Shown here one piece after another: positions 37,201 through 46,766 of a DNA stretch of 48,151 nucleotides; the first letter of the stretch is position 1, and each line of letters begins with the position of its first letter. Both the position numbers and the translations under genes were made by a program. The stretch is from a virus. Its lineage: Duplodnaviria; Caudoviricetes. The notes under the pieces are model-generated. The model had not been told where the DNA came from, made no database searches, and was given only the letters and a program-made list of their open reading frames with translations. The stretch covers positions 1-48,151 of IMG/VR virus record IMGVR_UViG_3300042348_000540. One strand, 5' to 3'.

Positions 37201-37985
37201 ATCGCGTCACGCGCCTCGGCAGGCGACATGCTCCGAAGAAGCTGCTGGTAGTTGGGGCTGCGGGCGATGGTCTCTTCGGGGAGGTCCATCACCTCCCGAT
37301 AGGTCTGGTCTGCGATGCCGCCCGTCTGAAGGCTGGCCGCAGTGCCGATAGCGCCGACCTGACCGGCACGATCAACGGCAGCAGTACCAGCACGAGCGGC
37401 GCCACGAGCGCCAATCTGACCAACGGCAGTCGCGGCACGGCCAACGCCACCACTCAGCACGAAGGCAGGGATTTGCTCGACCGCCATAGAGAAGAGCAGG
37501 CTAGGATTGCTCGCCAGCGTGCTGAGGGCAGCACCGGCTTCAGCAGCAAGGCCCCGCTCCTCAGCTTCCTTCATGGCGTCAGCCAGGGCACGACGCTGAT
37601 TACGAAGCTCGGGCGACATGAGTTCTGCCCCGAACTCAGCGCCGCGACGGCCAAGCCGGGTTAGAACGTTGTCGTAGCCAGTGAGGCCAAGGACGCCGCC
37701 TAGACCGCCAATGCCAGTGGCAACGCTACCAGCGCCGGAAACGAGAGAGCCGCCCACATCAGCGGCACGAGCGCCGATAGTGCCGAAGAGCCCACGCTCA
37801 GGGACCGGCTCCATCGTGGAACCCTGGCCGACAGGAGCGCCATCAAGCGGCATGGTGGGGGCAACTTGAGTTCTGCCCCTAACGCCAGGAAGGATGTCCC
37901 GCTCGATTGCCTGGATAATTTGGGTATCAGACATCGTGTCGGGGAATTGAATCGGCCCGACGCCGGGGACATCAATGGTCCGCAT
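31209..37985 (-). CDS. Large polyvalent virion/injected protein (ART-like domain, zincin-like HExxH, LPD38-like C-terminus)
   Basis: 2258 aa. HEAFH motif; FYHGT...F..F...PFFFSPD..FA..YA...PVYLS..N ART-like motif; C-terminal VPFLNA.IQG, P..FEVG and SP......L.GY.G. Confidence 0.75.
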   Translation of the reverse strand: MRTIDVPGVGPIQFPDTMSDTQIIQAIERDILPGVRGRTQVAPTMPLDGAPVGQGSTMEPVPERGLFGTIGARAADVGGSLVSGAGSVATGIGGLGGVLGLTGYDNVLTRLGRRGAEFGAELMSPELRNQRRALADAMKEAEERGLAAEAGAALSTLASNPSLLFSMAVEQIPAFVLSGGVGRAATAVGQIGARGAARAGTAAVDRAGQVGAIGTAASLQTGGIADQTYREVMDLPEETIARSPNYQQLLRSMSPAEARDAIANRAAREAAALGGGISVAAMTALPSAEKALFTRGVSQSAVRRALGVGGAEAVSEGVEEGGGQFAQNLAVQRQADAERDLLRGVGGAAATGAVLGGVMGAGAGALQRAPLPPSTEPGAGNLTPELQQAINEYVANREPMTEGQNLLPRERPVVDTPVGNLTVSQAIRYFERRFPELATLDDVQEKIRVGQTLLAQEQEGRAAGRQGVEEGRYRREIATSPETEEAFRLAEIQRQAGRRAEDVISRVPLERETPYAAGRRAEAEEAFRAADIQRQTGRRAEEVTGRVPLERETPYAGGRRAEAEQAFSDVERQQKLGSVPSVNVLRRDLQKEEREIRELTKARDKAQVRLRQIERAPVVNAVAREGVQAEIDQLTQLIAGREQIRRDIEARIPEVERQVTARENLQADAQGAFDIAQADRERLARQRQAPGIEIPSGSGVPDTIPQQTDDTRAGAPQITGQRYLLNPVYNERGELEGGEQVLDILPSDNFGNVLAIVERQRGNITEQVPVETTMDELVQMPVRDTARMTQEATAAAVGPEQVAGRRGRGVDPLGQDLQPRRMANRQGPEASARVTGEAQAAPEAEVSEADSRATKRIEAQNRINKLYLDKLKGMGAQGRLLRNALVQALKDRTMSAGEVYTAFVSADKFASLLPAGANHRIEFVKEILPTAELAEAIRRSGGDPTKPLQGLRQRPSPEGLPGLIRISLAPEMLPMLGETVAHEAFHVLQDYYGKFDAQFKKLMDQGFRDGMSISDLEPTIRRKLQQIAYPGARDDKGRQRSYWDYLTATVPGTLTAREAQAYAFGALADAARRGAPMSGLKPAFARFVNVIKNFFSKFGSQLRGDGFQTVEEVLGRVSRGDARRFDAMASPTARDIATSGPELSARSEGGMTEEQFEASARATNTSVPEFKNWWNGGWRGEGVRVGPSTAANPDGSPVNFYHGTQRGFTRFGEARSGAYGLNEGPFFFSPDPDFAGDYAISEMFAGGDNRRATDGQRMLPVYLSVQNTFNATDPRLRQDLLDYVDTGLDDGTIDWRDIVGNRTRASYQDQIDRGELTEYKAAGRAFRMFKLFLEKDTDNWPALETKAAQKYIRDNDFDSFYVRELGTENIAVYDPRQIKSIFNKFETGAATEPEFSARSPLAADPAFAVMRDKLTGKEMDKPNVFADGLRRFVGALPGEKLSSALVRTSVNRAGAGWMIDTLSKQKGMTVRNVGQAMEIALNNSGRVQMYLNHGPLAYDPKTGDVTVRDDVPGLIDAIKGKLNVADKREAQAYLVALRERDLRKAGKKGFFNLTDKEMNSIISKAEAAHPEWKQMAADIQRINKALLDFAVATGTLDRAKADQLGSMFYTPFYRQADEDVKDDSDAVVGPRLSQSLTRVKSAFDVSVKGGENPLGDLFENMIRNADVIMKAGMKNVAMSKAAEALQDVGLGRPVKTRETGKTITYRVNGQDKHFEVDDPAFYIALAGAPREFTNGIYQTMATMAGFFRDMVTLAPSFMLANLWRGKIMAYVQEGTPLYANTFDGLKQALQSSASYKAIAAQTGFGGYTYGMGERDAAAAFEREIAGLGYGPGGLMRRTFDALQKASEATEMAERIKIYERMKAQGMSDKDAAFQAYLLAPFSRRGMGGGWIGSTVNWLVPLVPFLNAKIQGMYRLIENEKGDTQKIWTLGLPKQMLLRGLVVMGLSLALFAKNIGDEPERWDNENPDLKFRYDIIYLPNDNRILLPRAFEVGSVFGALPVFILDAIRRNDSRDLSKALADLGTSTFFFNPIPQAAVPMLGAFTNYDFFRSRSLETAGDASKLPQERVNRSTSAVAKAIGETFGVSPIRVQYVLEGYSGTIGSSVLAGFDSILASFGMIPGKPAGAFGDPMSMPAIAAGLTGVSRFYRSDDQSATRFIGDFYKIKEMTDQLVRSQNMAMETRDLDRLAELRGDAGLPLRLRPMVNQASTQITEINKRIARIERSDLTSVEKTEALRPLREQRDRVARRVVERARDIGAY

Positions 37986-37988
37986 CAG

Positions 37989-39800
37989 TTAGCTCCCAGC
38001 CGGTACGTACCTACCGTTCTCAATGCGCGCTCCGGACGGAAGATTAGTAGTTCCAGACGCTGATCCGCCAGCCCCCTCACGAGGGCGACCATAGACAACA
38101 ATGTCCTCAAGCTGACGACGGCGCGCTTCGGCATCACGAAGGCGCTGCTGAAGAGATGCGTTGTTGCGATCCCACTCAGCAAAGTTTCTGGTCGGACGCG
38201 GACCAAGAGTGTCGATCTGCGTCGCAATCCTGTTGATGTCCTGAAGCGTCGCGTTCAGTGCGGAAGACGCGCCAGACGTGTCGAGCGGACGGCCAAGGGT
38301 GCGGTTGCGCTCAACAGCGGCGCGCTCCTCCGTACCCATGCGAGCCCAGCGTTCCGGAGAAACGTAGCCGCGACGAAGATCAGCCGCCTCGGCGGCGGCA
38401 GCAGCATCGGCAGCGCGACGTGTGGCAGCCGCCTCAGATGCAGCAAGCCTTGCGTTAGCGCCACGCTCCTGAGCGTTGACCCGGATGTTCGCGTTGATGT
38501 TGTCCATCCGGCTGCGGTATTCGGCAGCACTGATCTGCCCAATCGCAAACTGGCGGTTAGTCTCCTGCTTGGCCAGTTCGAGATCGTCCTGACGAGCCTG
38601 CCGCTGCTCGGCACGAATCTGACCAAGCTGCTGACCGTAGGACTGGACGGCAGGCAGAGCGCCTTCACCAATCGCGCCAATCAGACTGGGGTTGCGAGAG
38701 CCAGCGATACGGAGGCCAGCCTCAATCAGAGCCATGTTGACCGCCTCGCTGCGACGGGCAGCAGGATCAACGCGCTCCTCACGCATGCGTTCTCGAATGC
38801 TGCCCATCCCGTCAGGGAAGAGGGCCGCATTCTGGCGCATAAGCTCGGCCATCGTCGGCAACTGACCGCCTTCAGGCAGGGCAGCAGGGGCATTCCTCAG
38901 ACCCTCAATGCCCGGCGTGCCGCCGCCCGGCGTACCTTGACCGCCCTGCGTCGTGGTGGGCTGGGCCGTGGTTCCGCCGGGCCGAGTCTGTCCCTGAGAC
39001 CCCGGCCTTGGGGCGGCAGCCAGAGAGGCAAGGTCAGGACCGCGTACTTCATCGCGGTCTGGGATTCTCTCTTCTGCGAGAAACTGACCGCGAACCGGCT
39101 CCGACTCCGGGAACCTTCCCTCCGGAAATGGAGAACGCGGCTCAACGGGGGCAAGAGCGTACTCGGTTGCAGCGCGACCGACATCAGCAGCCAGCCGACC
39201 AGCACCCGAGATGAGTTCACCGCCAGACCCAACGGCGCCATGAACGGCTTGGCCGATTGTACCAAGGTCTTGCCGCAGACGAGACCTCGGTGCCTGAAGG
39301 AACACATCCTCCTGGCGCTGCTCTAGGTCTGCGAGGCGGCTGCGAATCTGGTCCGGGGTGGCAGTAACCCCAGACGGCCTAAAACGAGGGTCGCTCATCT
39401 GGCCGAGAAGCTGACGAAGCTGATCGGCAGACATCGTCTCGATGCCCCCGCCAGCCTGCATCCGTACAACGCCACCCTCTCGGTAGCGACGTAGAGACGC
39501 CAGCCCACCAGCGGCCATGCCCGGCACGCCGCCATCGGCAACATCAACGCCGTCCGGGTCCATCGAGTCCTGGCCCTGTAGGCCCTGGATTCCGACAGGC
39601 TCCTGTGGGGCAGTAAGGTCTTCTGCCACAGTGCGATTGGATTGGCCTTCGGGAGCCTGCTTGGCTCGCATGTCCTTGCGGCGGCGGATTTCAGACAGCA
39701 CCAGATAAGACGGAGCCGTGCTATCCGGAGCCTGCATCAGCGCCATAAGCTGCTGGTCGGAAGCGTTTTTGAGGGCGTCCTGGACTTTGAGCAGATTCAT
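37989..39800 (-). CDS. Internal virion/ejection protein
   Basis: 603 aa, A/G/Q/R-rich, MAAGG and YREGG motifs, in the structural operon. Confidence 0.55.
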   Translation of the reverse strand: MNLLKVQDALKNASDQQLMALMQAPDSTAPSYLVLSEIRRRKDMRAKQAPEGQSNRTVAEDLTAPQEPVGIQGLQGQDSMDPDGVDVADGGVPGMAAGGLASLRRYREGGVVRMQAGGGIETMSADQLRQLLGQMSDPRFRPSGVTATPDQIRSRLADLEQRQEDVFLQAPRSRLRQDLGTIGQAVHGAVGSGGELISGAGRLAADVGRAATEYALAPVEPRSPFPEGRFPESEPVRGQFLAEERIPDRDEVRGPDLASLAAAPRPGSQGQTRPGGTTAQPTTTQGGQGTPGGGTPGIEGLRNAPAALPEGGQLPTMAELMRQNAALFPDGMGSIRERMREERVDPAARRSEAVNMALIEAGLRIAGSRNPSLIGAIGEGALPAVQSYGQQLGQIRAEQRQARQDDLELAKQETNRQFAIGQISAAEYRSRMDNINANIRVNAQERGANARLAASEAAATRRAADAAAAAEAADLRRGYVSPERWARMGTEERAAVERNRTLGRPLDTSGASSALNATLQDINRIATQIDTLGPRPTRNFAEWDRNNASLQQRLRDAEARRRQLEDIVVYGRPREGAGGSASGTTNLPSGARIENGRYVPAGS

Positions 39801-39809
39801 CTAGACCCC

Positions 39810-40778
39810 CTAGGAACGCAACAGACCAAGGCCAGCGATCCCCAGACCGCCGAACTGAGCCAGCGGATTGGGATTGGCGTACTGGTTAACAACCTGTTGA
39901 GGCTGCACGGGAATGCCACGCAGGATGCTCGACATGAAGTTGATCTGCTGCTTGTCGAAGTCGCGCTGGTTCAGGAAGTCCTGATACGCAAGATCAAGCT
40001 CGCGCTGCTCCTGCTGCTGCTGAACGCCGCCCTGCTTCTGAAGCTCCTGAGCCTGCTGCATCGTAAGGCCCTGACGCAGCGCGCCAAGCTGGCCAAACTG
40101 CTGACCAGCCTGCAAGCCAAGTCCTGCCCCAGACAATCCGTACTGAGCGGCAGCAAGACGCTGTGCTTCGGTCGTCCCCTGGGCCTGCATAGATGCGGCG
40201 CGATCACGCTCGAACTGCGTCTGTGCGTTCTCGAACGCCTTCTGTCGGCCAGCCGCCTCAATGTCGGACAGACGCTCGCCAAGGCCACGCTGGGCAACGC
40301 CTTCCTGGATGGCAGAACGATATCCGCCAAAGGCGCCAGCCTTGATCGCCTGGGTCTCGCGCGACGGACGGCCCTCATCAAAGTCCCGGATTGCCGCAGA
40401 CTTCTGACGAGCAAGAACCTCATCCATGTAGGGCGACATGTACTGCTGGGCCTGTTCTCGCCCAAACGCCTGCTGCTGGATTGGGGCCGCCGTGTAGTCG
40501 CTGGCGCCCAGACCACGCATTGCAGACGCGCCCAGGATGCCACCAGCCACGTCGGCCTCTGGTGTTCCACGGGCAGCAATGTCGCGGGTGATGCCAAAGC
40601 CCTGCTGAACGTCCGGAGTAAAGCCAGCAATGCGCTGACCGCCATAGCTCACATAGGGCTGATTGCTCTCACCCTCAGCCCTACTCATCATCCGCTCAAA
40701 GTATGGACGCGCATACTCAGGAAGGTTGGAGGTGTAGGTGGTGCTTTGCGTGGGGCCGCCGCCGCGACTGCCGCCCAT
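39810..40778 (-). CDS. Internal virion (pilot-like) protein
   Basis: MGG..GGG, LPEYARPY, YMSPY, AGAFGG.R motifs; Q/A/G-rich. Confidence 0.6.
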   Translation of the reverse strand: MGGSRGGGPTQSTTYTSNLPEYARPYFERMMSRAEGESNQPYVSYGGQRIAGFTPDVQQGFGITRDIAARGTPEADVAGGILGASAMRGLGASDYTAAPIQQQAFGREQAQQYMSPYMDEVLARQKSAAIRDFDEGRPSRETQAIKAGAFGGYRSAIQEGVAQRGLGERLSDIEAAGRQKAFENAQTQFERDRAASMQAQGTTEAQRLAAAQYGLSGAGLGLQAGQQFGQLGALRQGLTMQQAQELQKQGGVQQQQEQRELDLAYQDFLNQRDFDKQQINFMSSILRGIPVQPQQVVNQYANPNPLAQFGGLGIAGLGLLRS

Positions 40779-40779
40779 G

Positions 40780-41193
40780 TCAGATGTCCTTCTCGAACAT
40801 GATAAGGGCCTGCTTTACCCCGTAAGAATCGAGCATCTTGAGCCAGCCTTTTCTACCATAGCCCTCGATAGCCGTGCATTCATTATCTTCCGCCCAACGG
40901 ACCAAGACCCCCATCAAGGGGTCCTTCCAAAGGCGGATGTTTCTGCCCCCAGTGAACAGGGACGTGAGAACGCGCCGTGAAGGATAATCCGTAATCGAGG
41001 TTACTTCACAGCCATTAATTTCACGGTCATCGTCAAAGGCAATCCAAAGCTGCATGTCGGCACGCTTCAGGGCGACATACACATCGTAGAGCATATACCT
41101 GCCGTTGGTCACCTTAACGGCAGGGATAAGAAACTCTTTTACAGAATCCCAGACGCCATCAATGTGGCTCTCTGGGACGAGGCTCACATTCAC
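40780..41193 (-). CDS. Hypothetical protein, possibly degenerate GNAT fold
   Basis: QLW, T.I..YP, GG...W, WA....C..IE..GR.GW. Confidence 0.55.
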   Translation of the reverse strand: MNVSLVPESHIDGVWDSVKEFLIPAVKVTNGRYMLYDVYVALKRADMQLWIAFDDDREINGCEVTSITDYPSRRVLTSLFTGGRNIRLWKDPLMGVLVRWAEDNECTAIEGYGRKGWLKMLDSYGVKQALIMFEKDI

Positions 41194-42425
41194 AGACTAA
41201 TCTTCCCGCCGATGGACTTGGGCTGGGCCTTCTTGCCGGTACGCTCCTGGCGAACCTTGTCCATCATACCATGCAGGCGGCGCACGCCATGCTCGGTGCT
41301 GCCGTCACCCAAACCAGACACGACATCTGCCGGGACCACGAACTCACCGTCAGCAAGGCGAACCTTCTGTCGGCCCTCGATGGTGCCGGGGACAAGATCG
41401 TCCATGCCGCTACCAGCCCCACGGACCCGACCGCCCGTCATGCGATCACGCAGTAGGGCCAGGGCGTCATCACCAAAGCTTTCCCGGAACCGCTCAAGCG
41501 CCTCACGCGGACGAGGATGCTCGCCCAGGATCGCAGCCTTGGCCTCGTTCATGAGGTTGGCAGTATAGCCTTCCTCGGGGCGCATGGAGGCAAGACCGCC
41601 CTTGGCAAAGTACCTGAACTCAGGTCCTGCCCCAGGACGATATCCAGCAGGCGGTGGGGTGAAGCGACGGGGGTTGGTTGGGAACTGCTCAGGGTAGCGG
41701 TTCGGGTCGTATGGTGCGGCGCCAGGAATGGCAGGCTGACCGCCCATCATGTCGTTGGCCTGCATGAGCGTGCCACCAGCCGCGATAAGGGCAGGAAACG
41801 GCCTGTTTGCGATGTTGGTGCCGATCTGAGAAACAGCCGCCCCAGGATCGCTGGCGATATTGGATAGCCTCGTGCCGAAGTCCGCTGCACGAGAACTCAT
41901 CGTGTCCATAAAACTTGGAGGCGTTGTGAGCGGCACCGTGGAGGAACCGGCGACGGCACCCGGATTCGCAGCCGCAATCGCTTCCGCAGCCTGCAAGCTC
42001 CCAGCCGCATCAATGGCATTGGGCGCAATGGACCCAGTGGCCGGTGCGGCAGCGGCCCCAGCCGCCTCCCCCACACCAGACAGAAGCTGTCCACCAGCAT
42101 AGGAAGTCGCGCCGCTGATAAGGCCCTGCGTCAGAGCCTGCTGGGCAGAAGCGCCCTGAGCGGCAGAAACACCAGCACTCGTTGCGCCAGCGGCCAGCGC
42201 CGCAGGAAGAGCGGCGCCGCCCGTCAGGACGCTAGCGCCAATGCCCGCCGCGATGGGCAAAAGGTTGGCAAAGTTGAAGGCTTCCGGCAGGCCCGTGTCT
42301 GGATTGCGCGTGAAGTCCCGGCCCGTCAGAGCCCGAATGCCCTGAAGTTCCTTGCGGCTGACATGCACCAGCATGTCGTCGCCGTTTCGGCCATAGCTGG
42401 CAAGGTGACGGGCTGCATCGCGCAT
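41190..42425 (-). CDS. Virion-associated protein
   Basis: GR.GD..LVH...NPDTGLPE N-terminus; G.G.GMDD.VP.....LADGEFVVPADVVS.LG.GS...G C-terminus. Confidence 0.6.
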   Translation of the reverse strand: MRDAARHLASYGRNGDDMLVHVSRKELQGIRALTGRDFTRNPDTGLPEAFNFANLLPIAAGIGASVLTGGAALPAALAAGATSAGVSAAQGASAQQALTQGLISGATSYAGGQLLSGVGEAAGAAAAPATGSIAPNAIDAAGSLQAAEAIAAANPGAVAGSSTVPLTTPPSFMDTMSSRAADFGTRLSNIASDPGAAVSQIGTNIANRPFPALIAAGGTLMQANDMMGGQPAIPGAAPYDPNRYPEQFPTNPRRFTPPPAGYRPGAGPEFRYFAKGGLASMRPEEGYTANLMNEAKAAILGEHPRPREALERFRESFGDDALALLRDRMTGGRVRGAGSGMDDLVPGTIEGRQKVRLADGEFVVPADVVSGLGDGSTEHGVRRLHGMMDKVRQERTGKKAQPKSIGGKISL

Positions 42426-42436
42426 GAGCTATATCC

Positions 42437-43009
42437 TCAGATCGACACCGCTGTGGCTATCACAGAAGGGATAGCAGGACAAAAGGCAGTGGCCGGTTCT
42501 GCTATCAATCTAACAGCAGTGTCGGATACTGCCCACATAATCTGAACGTAGTCCCCGCCAAGCACCGTCACGACGAAGTTCCAGGCAGGGACAAGCTCGC
42601 TCTGCTGGCCTTGTATGGTGACCTTGCTGGTAGAGTTTGGAACGTCAGTTCCGTTCTTTCTCAGCCAAATGAAAACGGAATGGTTGGAGCCCGATGTCTG
42701 GTCCACCTGGGCCGAGAACTGCACATTGTATGTGCCGCGATTCTTGAAGGTTATCCGACTGCCGCTAATAACAGAAATCTGGTTTGACTCTGACGTGGTG
42801 TTCAGAGTCATGGCATAGGCTGTATTGGCAGCAGCAGCGGTCTGGGTCGTCGTGTCAAAGAAAGACCCGTAAAACCCACTCGCCTCTGCGTAATTGGGGA
42901 ATCCAAGAAACGCGCGATCAAGGTTCTGGTCAATCGCCCGCGTAAGCTGGTTGCCCCACTCGTAGTTATAATCAATCGTGGGAGTGGGTAGGCGCGTCCT
43001 GCCAATCAT
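42437..43009 (-). CDS. Tail-associated protein (beta-sandwich-like)
   Basis: YGSF.D.T.Q, G.YN.QFS.Q, WLRKNG.DV..S, WNF, P.IPSVI; start coupled to the upstream gene. Confidence 0.55.
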   Translation of the reverse strand: MIGRTRLPTPTIDYNYEWGNQLTRAIDQNLDRAFLGFPNYAEASGFYGSFFDTTTQTAAAANTAYAMTLNTTSESNQISVISGSRITFKNRGTYNVQFSAQVDQTSGSNHSVFIWLRKNGTDVPNSTSKVTIQGQQSELVPAWNFVVTVLGGDYVQIMWAVSDTAVRLIAEPATAFCPAIPSVIATAVSI

Positions 43010-45090
43010 CGACGGCCATCCGTCCGGATATCGACACGCGGAACGCCCAGGCGCCAAGCAACGCCGACCTCTTCACTCTGCACTCGCAGCGTCAACATGC
43101 GGCCCCTTAGACGGAAGTAGGTCTGGTCCGTGAACTGAGCGATAGGCAGCGTTGCTGTCAGGGTCGTGTTGTTGTTGGCAAACTGGTTGAAGTTGGAGCC
43201 AGAGAAGTCTTGCGTCTCCAGGATGAAGTTCACCGTTGGATTAGGGGCAGAACTGTTCCTGAAGTCCAGGTCAGGGATCATGCGCCACGCAAAGCCAAAC
43301 TGATCGCCCTGCCCAATCTCGACGGGAGAGCTTTCAATGTATGCGAGAATCGGAGACGGCGGATTGGTAGAGCCATCATCCTGCCCAATCTCATGGAAAT
43401 AGACGTAGCCATCGACAGATGCCGCACGAGGAAAGTCCTCAATGCTGCGATCAATCCAGGCCGTGCGAACAATTGTACCCACACTCCAAACGCGCTCGTT
43501 GTAGTTATAGACAACGTAGCGGTCGTTCTCGCTTGAGTTGGCAGATGGGTAGAACCACCACACCTCATTGAACGCCATGTTGCTGCCAGCCGTGATCTTC
43601 TCGGCTTGGTTCAGGTTGATGTCGTTGAAGACAAAATCCTTGACCGAGCAGGGCAGGCCAATCGCGCGACCGTCGTACTGGAAGAATCCATTCTGCCCCA
43701 TCCAGAACGTCACGTCGTTTGCGGACACAACGGCCTGGGGAGCAAGAAGGGAAGTCAGGGCAATACGCGCAATTGAGTACTCAAAAGGAGCGCCGATGTA
43801 GCGCAAGGAGTGCAGCGCATCGTCGGTCCAAACAAGAATCTCCTGCTTGGTCTCGATGGCAGACACAAACTCAGAGCCGGTAGGAATGCGAATACCGCCA
43901 GCAGAGTTGGTTTCCAGTGGAGTCCAGACAGCAGGGTTCTCCGTATCAGACCAACGAATCAAAAGACGATCCTGAACATTGGTCACAATGTCAGAGCAGC
44001 CAAAGGCGATCACCTTGCGGTCGAGATCGGAGACGATGATCTGTCGCGCAACCGATGGGACATCAGACGCGCCGCCAAGGGACGACAGAAGCACCGCTCT
44101 GGAGCCAAGCCCGCCAGAGTTTGCCCAGTAATAGATGGCCGCATCACGCGGATTGATGACAAGGTTCTGCCCAAAGTTATCCGCAGACCATAGCCTCAGT
44201 CGCGTTCCTGCAACCTGAGTGTTGGAAGCAGCGCCCCAGCCCGTGCCCGTGAAGGCAAACATCGTGGTGGACGAGACAGTCTGCGACACGCTGACCGTGT
44301 AGGTGCCAACGCCGCCAGTTGGCCCGGTTAGCTGTGCCGTGATGTAGGTTGCAAGAGAGCCCGGTGGGCTAGCCGATACGCCAGTCCCGGTGACCAACTG
44401 ACCGGCGGCTAGAGTTCCAGACGAGATCGCAGAAACGGTTAGCGTCGTGCTGCTAATAGAGCCCGTGAATGTAACACTGGTTCCGGGCAGAATGCCGCCC
44501 CAGGTCCCAGCGCCCCAGCCGTTCGCATAGAGAGTTGTGTCTAGCCCTGTATTAAGCTGGAAAACGGCAGTTACAGAACCGCCGCCAGTCGCTGTGGATG
44601 AAGCAGCAGATGCGGCAGTGATGGTGAATGTGGCCGATGTCAACACATCGGTAATCTGAAACTCACCATTCAGGGTAAGACCGCCGACAGCACTCGCCCC
44701 AGAGAAAGTCACGAAATCATTCTGGAACGCCCCATGATTAGGGATCGTCACAACGACCGTCGTTGAGCCACTCGTGGTTGAGAATGGGTTGCTCTGCGTG
44801 ATTGTGTCTCTGATCGGCGTGATGTCGTAGAGAGAGCCGCCCCGCTCGATGTAGTACTTGAGGTTTGTGCCGATCCCCAGGAAGTAGCTGCCCGTCAGAT
44901 CAGAGAATGGGAACAGGTTGCGAGCCGTGCCCATAAACGCCTGCAAGGTGGCGCGCTGCCACCCTCCAATCTTCTCAGGGAAGTTCGAGCGGAAGCGCAC
45001 CTTGTCAGAGTCAGACCAAGCCCCGGACGTTGAGTACCGAGACCCGTCGTGCATGACCCCCGGTGCAAACTGGAGCTTGGTGAGTGGCAT
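43006..45090 (-). CDS. Tail/head-stabilization protein (P22 gp10-like nozzle)
   Basis: 694 aa; W.D.DKVRFR...[36 protein letters not shown]. Confidence 0.7.
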   Translation of the reverse strand: MPLTKLQFAPGVMHDGSRYSTSGAWSDSDKVRFRSNFPEKIGGWQRATLQAFMGTARNLFPFSDLTGSYFLGIGTNLKYYIERGGSLYDITPIRDTITQSNPFSTTSGSTTVVVTIPNHGAFQNDFVTFSGASAVGGLTLNGEFQITDVLTSATFTITAASAASSTATGGGSVTAVFQLNTGLDTTLYANGWGAGTWGGILPGTSVTFTGSISSTTLTVSAISSGTLAAGQLVTGTGVSASPPGSLATYITAQLTGPTGGVGTYTVSVSQTVSSTTMFAFTGTGWGAASNTQVAGTRLRLWSADNFGQNLVINPRDAAIYYWANSGGLGSRAVLLSSLGGASDVPSVARQIIVSDLDRKVIAFGCSDIVTNVQDRLLIRWSDTENPAVWTPLETNSAGGIRIPTGSEFVSAIETKQEILVWTDDALHSLRYIGAPFEYSIARIALTSLLAPQAVVSANDVTFWMGQNGFFQYDGRAIGLPCSVKDFVFNDINLNQAEKITAGSNMAFNEVWWFYPSANSSENDRYVVYNYNERVWSVGTIVRTAWIDRSIEDFPRAASVDGYVYFHEIGQDDGSTNPPSPILAYIESSPVEIGQGDQFGFAWRMIPDLDFRNSSAPNPTVNFILETQDFSGSNFNQFANNNTTLTATLPIAQFTDQTYFRLRGRMLTLRVQSEEVGVAWRLGVPRVDIRTDGRR

Positions 45091-45091
45091 G

Positions 45092-46207
45092 TTAGGTCTT
45101 GATGATGAAGGTCGAAGCTAGGTAGGGCTGAAGCGTCGAAACCGTGTGGTTGTGCGACCCATCCGTAGTGATGGTGTGGCTGTGAACTTCACTGCCGCCA
45201 GCCGCATTGGTCGTGAAAGTATGGCTGTGAGCGCCAGCAGCATTTGTGGAAGATGTCGTTCCAGACACGCCCTGGCTGCCGCTGAAGCCAAACCCAACGC
45301 CAGAGAGGAGAACAGGCCCAATGCTGTGGACGTGATCCCCAATGGTAGAAGTGCTGCCGGTGTGCTGGTGGGCTGGAATCTGAGCAACCGTGAGCGTCGT
45401 GCCGCCAGTGTTGCCGGTATGGTTGTGCGCGCCATCCGTGCTGGTGGTGGCAGTAACTGCACCGCCGGTCTGCCCCCGAGAATAGCTTGATCCTGCCCCA
45501 ACACCAACGCGGTCGCGCCGGTCTGGAACGTTGAATGTGGTGGACCCATCACCGTTGCCGTAGGCCGTGCCGATGATGGCAAAGAGCGCCGCATAGGTCG
45601 TGCGGCTAACAGCAGCGCCGTTGCAAAGAAGCCAGCCAGTCGGGGCCGCAGCGCCACCATACTCCCAGATTACGCCAGCAGGAATGATATCGCCGCCAGC
45701 GACAGTGATAGTGCCAGTGACGGCAAGGTTGCCGCCAATCGTCGTGTTGCCAGCAATGGATGCCGCCCCAGAAACAGAGACGTTCCCGTTGGTGGCGTTG
45801 ATGGGGATGGACGCCAGTACAACGTTCGTCCCGTCGCAGTACATAAGCTGGGTGAAGCCGTTGGCGAGCGTGACGCCCGTGCCAGCAGCAGTCTTCACCA
45901 CAATGCTCTGACTGCCCGTGGTCGCATTCCGGACGGCATAGAACTTGTTGCTCGTCGGCACGACCACGTTGCGAGTTGCGGTCAGGGTGCCGGTCATCAC
46001 CAGCACAGCATTGCGCGCTTCGTCCGTAACGCCGTTACCGCTGACCAACGTGTAGTTGGCATCGAGCATCGCAATGCTGGCAACGCCAGTAACCGCTTGC
46101 TCAACCAGGGAGCCCAGGTTGGTATTCGTTGTGTTGCCCCAGTTCGCGGCCTGCTCACCGTTGCCGATAAGCTCAAGCCGTAGGGCTGGCGAATATGTAC
46201 TGGGCAT
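45092..46207 (-). CDS. Tail fiber protein with tail-collar domain
   Basis: [43 protein letters not shown], HxH repeats, QPY....FIIKT. Confidence 0.88.
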   Translation of the reverse strand: MPSTYSPALRLELIGNGEQAANWGNTTNTNLGSLVEQAVTGVASIAMLDANYTLVSGNGVTDEARNAVLVMTGTLTATRNVVVPTSNKFYAVRNATTGSQSIVVKTAAGTGVTLANGFTQLMYCDGTNVVLASIPINATNGNVSVSGAASIAGNTTIGGNLAVTGTITVAGGDIIPAGVIWEYGGAAAPTGWLLCNGAAVSRTTYAALFAIIGTAYGNGDGSTTFNVPDRRDRVGVGAGSSYSRGQTGGAVTATTSTDGAHNHTGNTGGTTLTVAQIPAHQHTGSTSTIGDHVHSIGPVLLSGVGFGFSGSQGVSGTTSSTNAAGAHSHTFTTNAAGGSEVHSHTITTDGSHNHTVSTLQPYLASTFIIKT

Positions 46208-46217
46208 CTACCCTACC

Positions 46218-46766
46218 TCAGCAGGAAATGGTGTAGGTGACGGTCAGCGTGTCGCCGCTCAGAACGCTACGAGCGGTGGCAAAGTCCGTCGCAGAGAACA
46301 GAATGCCCGTCGTGCCGCCAATCGTGCTGTTCGTGCTGATGAAGCAGCCGCCCACCGTCGCCGTGCCGTTGATGTTGAAGACAGCAGGAGACGCCGTGTT
46401 GTCGGTCGAGCCAGCCACAGCCACACCAGCCGTGTAGGTGGGGCGAGTTGCGTTGGAGTAAACCGTGATCTCGGTCCACGACTTCGAGGACATCGTGTCG
46501 GCGGCACTGATAGAGCCAGCCGTCTTGAGGCCGACGAAGTGAGCCGCCGTGTAGGACGAGCCACGGAAATACTGGTCGAAGAGGTCGTTCTTGCCGACCG
46601 TCACGACAAGGTTCGAGAGTTCATCTTCCCAGCGAACGGAGCCATCAGCGGCTCGGCAGATCACCTTGAAGGAGCCCTTCACCTCGATGCTGTCCTGGGC
46701 AGAATGCCCCATAGATAGCCCGGCTGCGGCCTCATCCACGACTCGGAGGGTGTCTTTAATGCTCAT
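46218..46766 (-). CDS. Virion structural protein
   Basis: W.....NLVV.VG, F.I..T.T..G.F, G.LFS...F...R.V..GDTL.VTY. Confidence 0.6.
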   Translation of the reverse strand: MSIKDTLRVVDEAAAGLSMGHSAQDSIEVKGSFKVICRAADGSVRWEDELSNLVVTVGKNDLFDQYFRGSSYTAAHFVGLKTAGSISAADTMSSKSWTEITVYSNATRPTYTAGVAVAGSTDNTASPAVFNINGTATVGGCFISTNSTIGGTTGILFSATDFATARSVLSGDTLTVTYTISC

